Assembly (NCBI GenBank): GCA_964247135.1
Contig: CAXTTL010000023.1
Coordinates: 1 to 33,437 of the forward strand
Direction: 5' to 3'
Length of the DNA stretch: 33,437 nt
Origin: an uncultured Deinococcales bacterium
GTDB lineage: Bacteria; Deinococcota; Deinococci; Deinococcales; JAAFIG01
The notes under the pieces: generated by a model
What the model saw: the letters and a program-made list of their open reading frames with translations, nothing else
What the model was told of the DNA's origin: nothing
The model's database searches: none
Position numbers and translations under genes: made by a program
Shown here: in pieces, positions 7,860 through 16,732 of the stretch
Numbering within the stretch: the first letter of the stretch is position 1
Layout of the letters: each line of letters opens with the position of its first letter

Positions 7860-10598
7860 ATGCCAAACCGACAAGCCCGTCAACAGCGCAGGGTCGAACA
7901 CGAAGCACCTAAGGTGTTCAACTCGAGTCTTGCCGCGCCGAGCACTGACGTGATTCAACGTGTAAGCGAAAACCCGCAAAACACCTCGTTCAGCCTCGAG
8001 TCTTCAAGTCAAGTGGCAGAGACCACCAACCAACAGGGACAAGAACCAACATTGGGCTACGATTTTGGCAGCTTAAAAATCCATTCAAACCCTCAAGACC
8101 AAGCGCAATTTGCCGACAATCAACTCGTGTTGCAACGTGATCCATTGCCGGCAGTGCCAAACTATCAACTCAATTCCAATTTTGGACAGCCCCAAGACCC
8201 AGCCTCGAGATACCGTCTTGGCGGTGATTTGACGCTGCATCTCGACCCGCAATTGCAGGCTTCGATTCAGCAACACACGCGGCAGTCGTTCAATCCTGGT
8301 TTGATCTCGAGTGGAATTTCTGGTTTGGGGCGTGGTTTTCCGCCGTTGACCGCCGCAGGTCCAGCCACGCCAAGTCCAACAACGGCTCCGGCGGCGGCAA
8401 CTGCGCCAACACCAGGTTCAGCCACCACGCCACCGCCCGCAAGCTCGAGTGGCACTCCAGGCGCACCAGGGGCAGCCCCAGAATTGCCACACCCTGGTTC
8501 GGTGGGCGATATTTTTTCGGCGATTGCCTCTTACCCAAGCGTTCAACAAGCGCTGGATCGTTTGCAAGACCAAGCCGCCACGCAAGCCACCAGAGATTGG
8601 AGTCGCTTGAACACTGGCGAACGGATTCTGGTGGTCTCGAGCGGCATTGTGATTGCCGCCCCAGCGCTGGGGTTTTCGCTGGCTGATCCGACCATACGAG
8701 CCAACCTGGGATCGATTCTCAATGGCACGCCGCTGCCCGTGCCTGGCGTACCGTGGTTGCACCTCGAGACCAATTTGCAAGCCGATTCGTTCATGGTCGG
8801 TTTTCACCTTGACCTTGGGAGCTTGCTTGCGCCCGTGCTGCCAGGCTTTGGCGCTGGATCACCCAATCCCATCGGTGATCCGCCGAGCGCCGTCCAACGA
8901 ACCGTGCAACGCGATATGCAGCCAGGAGAACCCAGCCCAACACCAGAGATCGGCTCGAGCATCCAGGCGCGTTTGGGCAGTGGCACACGGCTTGAAGGGC
9001 AGGCGCTGGAGCAATTCTCGAGCCATTTTGGACACGATTTTTCGCGGGTGCGAATTCACGACGATGCCGAGGCAGACAGGCTTTCAAAAGCCGTCAACGC
9101 CAGGGCATTCACCACGGGACAAGACGTTTTCTTTAGCCAGGGCACGTACAATCCTCACTCGAGCGACGGTCAAAAACTTCTGGCGCACGAGTTGACGCAC
9201 ACCATTCAGCAATCTCGAGGGGCGGTTTCGGGCACAAGCATCGGTAATGGATTGGCGGTCAGTGACCCGAATGATGCGTTTGAACAAGAAGCCTCGAGCG
9301 TGGCGGACAGTCTGACTCGAGGTGAACAGGTTGCTGTTTCTGGCTCGGGTGGCACTAGCGTGCAGCGCATGATTTTGCAACGCGAAACTCCAAACACCAC
9401 CCCAGCGCCAGCACCAACCGCTTCTCCGCCCAACCCACCGGCGCCAACCACCACACCCATACCACACACCCTGAACGCGGGCATGTTTGACGTGTCGGGC
9501 GCTCAACCCAGCTTAAACGGCACGGTCAGCGCCCACCCATCGGCGGGTTCTCAGGTGACGATTGAATCACCAGACGTTAGCTTTAATGCCACCGCAACGT
9601 TACATGCCGACGTGCCATTGGATGCCGGCGAAACCATCAAAGTTGGACCAACCCAAACGCTGCTGGGTTCAAGTCGTGTTGGCATTTACCGGCGCGGCGG
9701 TTTGCCAGACGGCGAAATCATTGCCGAAGACAAAGCCAGCGTGGGTCAAGTGCGCGACGCCCAGTGGCAACCCAACCGCGACGGCAGCGTCCGAGCCGAT
9801 GTCGAAGCGCCCTGGTACTCGAGACCGAGCAACATCACAGATACCAACCGTACCGCGCAGGTTCATTATTTGGACAAGCCAGGCTTTGAATTGCCGAGCA
9901 CAGTCGGCGAGGGGCGACTGACCGAAACCCGAGGGTCGGAAAGCTTTATTACGGCGCTGTCCGCCAAACGCGACGGACAGGTGGTGCATTTAAGCTCGAG
10001 CCATTGGGAGGTGCCTTGGGCGCTCACCATTGATGCCAGCCACGCCACGCAAGGCGGCGCCGTAACAGGAGGCTCGAGCGACCAGGCGCCACCGACGCTG
10101 GACGGTCCAATTGCGGTGCAGGCGGCTCAGGAATGGTTGGCATTCAGCAGCATCGAGGCTGCCATGACCGCCAGCAACCGAGTATTGCTCGATCATTTGT
10201 TGGCAGCCAAATCGGGCAACCATGATGCCTACCTGAACATTGTCGAGGCGTTGCGGCGCAAAAATCCAACTGTCAGCATCAATGTGACCGTCAACAGCAC
10301 CGACGCCTGGGTTGGCACCGACGACCTCGAGTTGGTGGCGCAGGGTACGCAACGCCGCAATTTGGGGCAGATCAATGACCGTGGTTCGCGCAGTGTCACG
10401 TTTCAACTCGGTGATTTGATCGACCCAATGGCGATCACCGCCAGCACCAACCTCGAGTTTGAACTTTTTAACCGCAACACGTTTGCCCCTTCAACACCCG
10501 CCACGATGTCCTGGGCTTTTCCGTTCGGTACGGCTTCGGGCAGGATGACCAGTGGCGGCGGTGGCGGGCGCTACACCCTGAGCGGTTCGATAGCATAA
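7860..10598 (+). CDS. DUF4157 (eCIS core) protein 1 with unknown domains on both sides
   Basis: FGHDFSRVRIH..ARAFTTGQDVFF..LLAHELTHTIQQ at ~8950-9310; several QR motifs and Pro-rich linkers. Confidence 0.85.
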   Translation: MPNRQARQQRRVEHEAPKVFNSSLAAPSTDVIQRVSENPQNTSFSLESSSQVAETTNQQGQEPTLGYDFGSLKIHSNPQDQAQFADNQLVLQRDPLPAVPNYQLNSNFGQPQDPASRYRLGGDLTLHLDPQLQASIQQHTRQSFNPGLISSGISGLGRGFPPLTAAGPATPSPTTAPAAATAPTPGSATTPPPASSSGTPGAPGAAPELPHPGSVGDIFSAIASYPSVQQALDRLQDQAATQATRDWSRLNTGERILVVSSGIVIAAPALGFSLADPTIRANLGSILNGTPLPVPGVPWLHLETNLQADSFMVGFHLDLGSLLAPVLPGFGAGSPNPIGDPPSAVQRTVQRDMQPGEPSPTPEIGSSIQARLGSGTRLEGQALEQFSSHFGHDFSRVRIHDDAEADRLSKAVNARAFTTGQDVFFSQGTYNPHSSDGQKLLAHELTHTIQQSRGAVSGTSIGNGLAVSDPNDAFEQEASSVADSLTRGEQVAVSGSGGTSVQRMILQRETPNTTPAPAPTASPPNPPAPTTTPIPHTLNAGMFDVSGAQPSLNGTVSAHPSAGSQVTIESPDVSFNATATLHADVPLDAGETIKVGPTQTLLGSSRVGIYRRGGLPDGEIIAEDKASVGQVRDAQWQPNRDGSVRADVEAPWYSRPSNITDTNRTAQVHYLDKPGFELPSTVGEGRLTETRGSESFITALSAKRDGQVVHLSSSHWEVPWALTIDASHATQGGAVTGGSSDQAPPTLDGPIAVQAAQEWLAFSSIEAAMTASNRVLLDHLLAAKSGNHDAYLNIVEALRRKNPTVSINVTVNSTDAWVGTDDLELVAQGTQRRNLGQINDRGSRSVTFQLGDLIDPMAITASTNLEFELFNRNTFAPSTPATMSWAFPFGTASGRMTSGGGGGRYTLSGSIA

Positions 10599-10625
10599 AC
10601 CAGGTTTCTCGAGAGGAGGTTTTTT

Positions 10626-12236
10626 ATGGCAGCGGAGAAACACCAGATTCAACGCAAAACGGATACGGACTCGGACGTGACGTTTGCTCGAGAGGTTGCG
10701 CAGCCCAGCAATTCAGATTCGGCAACGCTCGGCAATGCAAACACCCAACAACTGTCCGAAGCGCTCTCAGATGCTGGTGCTGGGCAAAGTTTGGACGGCA
10801 GCGCCCGAGAATTCTTGGAGCCAAAATTTGGATACAGTTTTGAGAACGTCAAAATTCATGCCGATGGTCGAGCGGATGAACTCTCGAAGTCGGTCGGTGC
10901 TCGAGCCTTCACCACTGGTCAAGACGTCTACTTTGCTCAGGGCGAGTATCAGCCGCAATCGGCTGGTGGCTTGCATCTTTTGGCGCACGAATTGACCCAC
11001 ACGATTCAGCAGTCTCGAGGGGCGGTTTCGGGAACACCAATTGGCAATGGAATTGCCATCAGCGATCCAAGTGACTCGTTTGAACGCGAGGCACAGACGC
11101 AAGCCACAAAGGTCGTATCAACTTCGATGAATCAAGCCTCGGGTTTGGAGGGCATGGTTCAACGACAAGCCGTGCCACAGGCGCATTCGATTCAAACAAG
11201 CCGCGCCTCGAGTGATTTGATTGTTTTGCAAAGGAGTTTGGCACAATCGATGCCAACTTCAACGGGTGGCTTTGAAATGAACATGCAAACCTTACAAGGT
11301 GCGACAGCAACCCCGCCCACCAAGAGTGGGTTACAGGGAACGATCAAGTTCATTCCCAGTAAAGACGCGCCGTATTCGAATCAGATTGGCTTGATCCAAA
11401 TTGTGAAATTGACCAATCTCGGTGGAACCGACGTGGCGCCGCAAGGCATGTCACCAGGAAAGCTGAACGATGTCAAAACCCAAAGCGATCCAGCCAAAGG
11501 GGTGGAGGGCGGCTATCACACCGAAGTGTCTTCTACGCCAGGTTCGGCAACCCCAGCCCAATATCCATTTGGTCCAGGGGTTGGTGGCGGGCAAGTTTTT
11601 GGTTTTAAACGGTCAGAAAAAAGTGCCGATATCAAAGCGGCTGAACTTTTTGATGCGCCAGGCGACGGCAACCCAAGCGCCAATTGGAATTTTAAATTCG
11701 AGACTGTTGCCAAAGGCGAAGATACCGCCACCGTGTTTGGTGCTGTCAAGTGGGGCTTTAACATTCGCAATGGTCAAGTTGTAGACGAAACAGCCTCGGT
11801 ACAAGATGGACAATCGGCGACCTTTGATGCAGCGCTCGAGAAGCACCGCGATTTTTATGTTCACGAACCGCTGGTCTTTTATTTTGATTTTGACAAATCT
11901 GAACTTGACCCCGCCGAACAAGGTAAAATTGATTCGTGTCTCGAGTATTTATCACGCTTTTCCGATGTTGAACTCAACATTGAAGCCTTTGCCGATCACC
12001 GAGGTTCTGCCGAGTACAACAAACGACTGGCTCGACAACGTGGAGAATCGGTTGCTCAAGGGTTTACCGCGAAAGGAATTGCGGGCAACCGAATTAAGGG
12101 AATTGGTGTGGTTGGCGCGACAGAAAACTTCACCAAAGATGCCACGACAAATCAAGACCAGGAAGCCAACCGTCGTGGCAACCGACGTGTGGTGGTCAGT
12201 TTCGCCCGTACCGTGAGTCCCAGCGGTCATCCATAA
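10626..12236 (+). CDS. DUF4157 protein 2 with C-terminal OmpA-like peptidoglycan-binding domain
   Basis: HELTH core. FYFDFDKSEL..IEAFADHRGSAEYNKRLARQRGESV..NRRV at ~11870-12205. GGAGG RBS. Confidence 0.88.
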   Translation: MAAEKHQIQRKTDTDSDVTFAREVAQPSNSDSATLGNANTQQLSEALSDAGAGQSLDGSAREFLEPKFGYSFENVKIHADGRADELSKSVGARAFTTGQDVYFAQGEYQPQSAGGLHLLAHELTHTIQQSRGAVSGTPIGNGIAISDPSDSFEREAQTQATKVVSTSMNQASGLEGMVQRQAVPQAHSIQTSRASSDLIVLQRSLAQSMPTSTGGFEMNMQTLQGATATPPTKSGLQGTIKFIPSKDAPYSNQIGLIQIVKLTNLGGTDVAPQGMSPGKLNDVKTQSDPAKGVEGGYHTEVSSTPGSATPAQYPFGPGVGGGQVFGFKRSEKSADIKAAELFDAPGDGNPSANWNFKFETVAKGEDTATVFGAVKWGFNIRNGQVVDETASVQDGQSATFDAALEKHRDFYVHEPLVFYFDFDKSELDPAEQGKIDSCLEYLSRFSDVELNIEAFADHRGSAEYNKRLARQRGESVAQGFTAKGIAGNRIKGIGVVGATENFTKDATTNQDQEANRRGNRRVVVSFARTVSPSGHP

Positions 12237-12241
12237 TTGAG

Positions 12242-14350
12242 ATGCACCAAAATCAACCAACCCATGACAAAACATTCACGTTGGGGTCAGGAGCAAAAAT
12301 CGTGACAAACATCCGAATTCAAAAAGACCATAAAGTCGAAAAAGAAGCCCTAGCTGCGTTTAACACAAACGATTCAAGTCAATACCAAGCACAAACCGCA
12401 TCGCAAGATAATCAAAAACTTGTACAAGCACTCTCGAACCCAAGTTCAGGACAAAACCTGGACAACAGTACCCGAGAGGTGCTCGAACCAAAGTTTGGGC
12501 ACAGTTTCGAGAACGTCAAAATTCATGCCGATGGTCAAGCGGACGAACTCTCGAAGTCGGTGGGCGCTCGAGCCTTCACCACAGGGCAGGACGTCTACTT
12601 TCGTGAGGGCGAGTACAAACCCAGCTCACCGGAGGGTCGGCATTTGCTGGCGCATGAGTTAACCCATACGATTCAGCAATCCAGGGGCAACGTTTCGGGA
12701 ACCAGCATTGGCGGCGGGGTGTCCATCAGCGAACCTGGCGATTCGTTTGAACAAGAAGCCTCGAGCGCGGCGGATACGGTCACTCGAGGTGGGCAGGTGG
12801 CTGTCGGCGGGTCAACTGAAACGGCTGTCCAAAGAATGCCCGCAAGCGGCTTGGTGTTGCAACGCGATCCAACCCCAACGCCAGCCGCCGTTCCTGGCAC
12901 AACCGCCGGCGGCACCTTCGAGCAAAACCTTGCCGCAGCCGACGTGTTTCATGGGCATGGCATGTTCGGACCAACCGAGGTCAAACCTGGCGGCGGCGCT
13001 TTTGAAGCCTCTTACGACCCTGCGGGCGGCGTGATGAACATTGTCATCCGTGCCGCCATCGAATTCAAAGACGCAGTGACCTCGAGCGGCGGAACGATCA
13101 CACCCGCCAACGCCAACCTGCAAGACATTGTCAACAGTGCCAGGCGACTTCGCGGCTCGAGACGCGCCGCGTTTATCGCCCGTTACCAATGGAACAGCGC
13201 CGAAAAGGCAGGTTGGCTGACCCAGCTCGAGACTTCAGTCGAAAGCGCCTGGGGCGGCAAGCATCAATTTCACATCAACCGTCCTCAATGGGAATGGATT
13301 GGCGCCAGAATCAACGTCGATGTTCAAGCCCACGAGGGCGCACGGGCGGGCAACGACCATCTGGCAGTCGAATCGATCAAGATGCCACCGGGCGAAAATC
13401 TGTACGGACATGGCAACGACCAAGCCGGTGCGGCGGGAACGACCGGTTTCTCGAGCACAGGCACGGGTACCCCAGGCAATTCTTTTGATTCGACCATGAC
13501 CATTGCCAGCACCGATGTCAGCGCCCGCCCCGACAACACGCTCGGTCCAACATCGTTGTTGTTCGCCGACAACCACGATGACCTCTCGGCAGACCAGGAG
13601 AACAACCTTAAAGTCTGGGTTGACACCTTCCAGGGTGCGCCAGGAACGGCGGGCAGTCGGTCAATTGGTTTGAGGCTGGTTGGTCACAGCAGCGCCTCTG
13701 GAACGGCGGATTACAACCGCGACATCGCCCAGCGCCGCGTCGATACCGTCAAGACCAAACTCGGCACGCACGGTTTCACCAATGTTTCGGGTTCAATAGC
13801 CGAAGATGCGGCGGGCGCACCGTCAACCCCAGAGGAACGCTCGAGGTCGGCACGTCAACAACGACGGGTCGATCTGATTGTCGACAGCGGCGCGTCTCAA
13901 GTTCTGGCAGCCCACGAATTTGGTCATGCCTTTGGTCTGGGCGACGAGTACGCCACCGACACCGCCGCCGGAACCACCCCCGCCAGCGCTGGGCATGTCG
14001 ATGCCGACGGTGTGACCCGCCACGGACAAATCTCGGGCACTGGCGATGCCGCCGGAGCCGCCGCCAGCCACGATGGCATGACCAAAGACATGACCGACGC
14101 CTCGGGTGCGCATTTGCCAGGGGCTATTCACGAAAACAACGACAACATCATGTCGCTGGGCAACACGGTGCAACCTCAGCATTACGCAACCTTTCACGCG
14201 GCATTGGTCGAAATCACCAGCATCAGCGAATGGGCGCTGGGGGCTGCCACCGCCCGTCCCACCGCACCGGCGGGCACAGGCACTCCCGCCCCCGCACCAG
14301 CGCCGGCAGCAACCCCCGCCACCCCTCCTCCGCCCCCGCCCACACCCTGA
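12242..14350 (+). CDS. DUF4157 protein 3 with OmpA-like domain and metzincin protease motif (start may be GTG 12302)
   Basis: HELTH core; LVGHSSASGTADYNRDIAQRR..RRVDL; HEFGHAFGLGDEY at 13913; NIMS Met-turn near 14144. Confidence 0.85.
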   Translation: MHQNQPTHDKTFTLGSGAKIVTNIRIQKDHKVEKEALAAFNTNDSSQYQAQTASQDNQKLVQALSNPSSGQNLDNSTREVLEPKFGHSFENVKIHADGQADELSKSVGARAFTTGQDVYFREGEYKPSSPEGRHLLAHELTHTIQQSRGNVSGTSIGGGVSISEPGDSFEQEASSAADTVTRGGQVAVGGSTETAVQRMPASGLVLQRDPTPTPAAVPGTTAGGTFEQNLAAADVFHGHGMFGPTEVKPGGGAFEASYDPAGGVMNIVIRAAIEFKDAVTSSGGTITPANANLQDIVNSARRLRGSRRAAFIARYQWNSAEKAGWLTQLETSVESAWGGKHQFHINRPQWEWIGARINVDVQAHEGARAGNDHLAVESIKMPPGENLYGHGNDQAGAAGTTGFSSTGTGTPGNSFDSTMTIASTDVSARPDNTLGPTSLLFADNHDDLSADQENNLKVWVDTFQGAPGTAGSRSIGLRLVGHSSASGTADYNRDIAQRRVDTVKTKLGTHGFTNVSGSIAEDAAGAPSTPEERSRSARQQRRVDLIVDSGASQVLAAHEFGHAFGLGDEYATDTAAGTTPASAGHVDADGVTRHGQISGTGDAAGAAASHDGMTKDMTDASGAHLPGAIHENNDNIMSLGNTVQPQHYATFHAALVEITSISEWALGAATARPTAPAGTGTPAPAPAPAATPATPPPPPPTP

Positions 14351-14371
14351 CCCGCAAGCCCAGGAGCGAGT

Positions 14372-15247
14372 ATGGTGAAGCATCTCGAGAGATTGATCAT
14401 TTTGCTGATTTTAGGGGTGAGCGCCTTTATGACACAGGTTTATGCACAAACAATTCCCAAAGATTTCGAGGGTTTGCTGCTCGAGGTTGTTCTTCAACCG
14501 AGCAGCGGCAACCCAACGGGCAGTCGGGTGTTTAGCGATGGGCGTTACGAATTTCTCAGCGATTCCCAGATTGTGGTCGCCAGCGACGGCTCGAGCACCC
14601 GCAAGGCAGTGCCGCTGGAGTGGCGCGAAGAGTATGTGTTCACGCCATCGGAGCTAACCGAACTCAAACAAGCCATCAGCGATGCCAATTTGCTTGATTT
14701 GGAGGCGACATACCCGGCGACTGGAAAGACGTTTAACACCAGCACCATGACATGGCGCGTATTGGTGAATGATCAAGTCAAACAAATTGTGGTCGAGGGT
14801 TATCCAATCAACAAAGTCCCCGCGCTCGAGAATCTCTATCAGCGTTTCAATCAAATTCACAAAGGACCAAAAGCCTCCTCGGTGTGGCAGGTGTGGACCA
14901 AAACGGGTGTGGTAAAGCGCACGATCAATGCCGATGTCTCGAGTTTGGATTTTTTAAGACCCGTGATGCAAGCCCTGTTCACGCCAAATCCAGACAGCAA
15001 CAACGCTGGCATGTTGGCGCTCGAGCCGCGAATGATCATTCTGGAAATTGGGTGGTTTGAAGAGGGACAAGAGATCGAACGAACCCGTTTGTACGCCGAC
15101 GGGCGTTATGTCGAGGTCACGGGTGATTCCGAAAAATTGGTGACGACCTTAAGCTTGCCGCAATTGCTGGATTTGTTGGATGTTTTGGAAACCATTCGCT
15201 GGGATCAGCTTCCAGAACCCGTGACCGAACAAACTGTTATCAAATGA
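14372..15247 (+). CDS. Exported hypothetical protein with internal duplication; candidate immunity protein
   Basis: Signal peptide ..LIILLILGVSAFMTQVYA|Q. Duplicated unit LLEV..SRVFSDGRYE / ILEI..TRLYADGRYV. Confidence 0.6.
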   Translation: MVKHLERLIILLILGVSAFMTQVYAQTIPKDFEGLLLEVVLQPSSGNPTGSRVFSDGRYEFLSDSQIVVASDGSSTRKAVPLEWREEYVFTPSELTELKQAISDANLLDLEATYPATGKTFNTSTMTWRVLVNDQVKQIVVEGYPINKVPALENLYQRFNQIHKGPKASSVWQVWTKTGVVKRTINADVSSLDFLRPVMQALFTPNPDSNNAGMLALEPRMIILEIGWFEEGQEIERTRLYADGRYVEVTGDSEKLVTTLSLPQLLDLLDVLETIRWDQLPEPVTEQTVIK

Positions 15248-15283
15248 TGGTTTGGGTTGTGTACTCGAAGGGAGGTGCATGTC

Positions 15284-16690
15284 ATGACTCAAGTCAGGCA
15301 TCGTAAAGAACGCAAAACCAGAATGCCGATAGCGCACAAAGCTGAGCAACATCTCGAGCCTCAAGACATGCCTGAACTTGGTATCAACAAACTCCAGTTT
15401 GCTCAAACCAACCTGAGCGCAGCCTTGGCGCAACAAAGCGCTGGGCAAAGCCTAGATACAAACCTGCGCAGTGAACTCGAGCCGCAATTTGGACATCATT
15501 TTGGTGATGTGCGGGTTCATGCCGACGCGCAAGCCGATCAAATGGCAAAATCCATTAACGCCAATGCTTTCACCGCAGGGCAAGACGTATTTTTCCGAGA
15601 AGGCATGTTCAAACCCGATACCCGCGACGGTAAGCAACTGTTGGCGCACGAATTGACGCACGCGATTCAGCAATCTCGAGGAACAACCTCGAGCAGCGAA
15701 TTGAATGTTTCCAAACCAAACGACCCACTCGAGCAAGCCGCACAGACCCAAGCCAGTGCCGTCATGAATGCTCGAGGGGCAATAGTCGCCCCTGGTTCGG
15801 TCAACAATGTGATTCAACGTGAAGTCCATGATCCAAGCGCTGAAACCAGCACCACAACAAGCACCACAGCTTCCTCGAGCGAAACCACCGACGCCAATCC
15901 AATTGCCGACGCCAACAGCCGAGGAGAATTTGACGCCGCCACCCGAGCCTTCAGGGAAGGGCATTATCTCGAGGCGGCACAGGCTTTTGAAGACCTGGCA
16001 AGGCGCTTTCCAGCCCAGGGGCACGATCTGTTGTTCAATGCCTGTCAAGCCTATCAACGACTTGGCGGGCAAGACCTTGGGGCGCGTCGGGTCAGAAGCC
16101 AAGTCGAACAGGCTTATGCCGACCCCGCAAACCGTCAGCAAGCCCGCCAAGCCGCGACCGACGGCGTGCAAGCCTATCAAAGCCACGAGTACGCTCGAGC
16201 CGCGCAGTTGTTCCAAACCGCATTCCAAGCCGTACCCGCCCCAGAATTTCAATTTAACATCGGCATGGCACTTTTAAACGCAGGACATCCCGCCGATGCG
16301 CTCGAGGCGTTTCATTCGGCTCAATCGGGTGGTCTTGAGGTGCCAAGACGCCTGTTGCGCCAAGCCGAAAACGAACGTAACCGCACTCAAGACATCAGTC
16401 AACGCGATTTGGACGCGCTTGGCGGCAGTGAAGCCGACGCCATCGAAGAGATTGTCCGTGAAGCCAGCATCGATGACGCTGGCGTGTTGTTCCACTCGGC
16501 AACACGTTCGTTCCTCGATCAGCATTACACCGATGCCGTGCGCCAATTCCAAGACATTCAAGCGACCCTGACCGCCGCCAGCGGACGCTCCGATGTCCAC
16601 ATGTTCTGGAATGAGGCTCGAGCACGGTTTAGCGCTGGCGACTATGCTGGGGCGTTGCCACTGTTCAGACAAGCCCTCAGTTTGCATTAA
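15284..16690 (+). CDS. DUF4157 protein 4 with TPR-like helical repeats
   Basis: GGAGG precedes ATG 15284. HELTH core. Repeats such as AFREGHYLEAAQAFE and YQSHEYARAAQLFQTA..FNIGMA. Confidence 0.82.
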   Translation: MTQVRHRKERKTRMPIAHKAEQHLEPQDMPELGINKLQFAQTNLSAALAQQSAGQSLDTNLRSELEPQFGHHFGDVRVHADAQADQMAKSINANAFTAGQDVFFREGMFKPDTRDGKQLLAHELTHAIQQSRGTTSSSELNVSKPNDPLEQAAQTQASAVMNARGAIVAPGSVNNVIQREVHDPSAETSTTTSTTASSSETTDANPIADANSRGEFDAATRAFREGHYLEAAQAFEDLARRFPAQGHDLLFNACQAYQRLGGQDLGARRVRSQVEQAYADPANRQQARQAATDGVQAYQSHEYARAAQLFQTAFQAVPAPEFQFNIGMALLNAGHPADALEAFHSAQSGGLEVPRRLLRQAENERNRTQDISQRDLDALGGSEADAIEEIVREASIDDAGVLFHSATRSFLDQHYTDAVRQFQDIQATLTAASGRSDVHMFWNEARARFSAGDYAGALPLFRQALSLH

Positions 16691-16732
16691 GAATACCAGC
16701 CAAAAGGCGAGCAAAAATCTGGAGGACAGGCT

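Noticed and set aside
10626-14350. OmpA domains as T6SS (TssL/TagL) or flagellar MotB
   Set aside because: No TM anchor and no tss or mot genes; the domains are fused to DUF4157.
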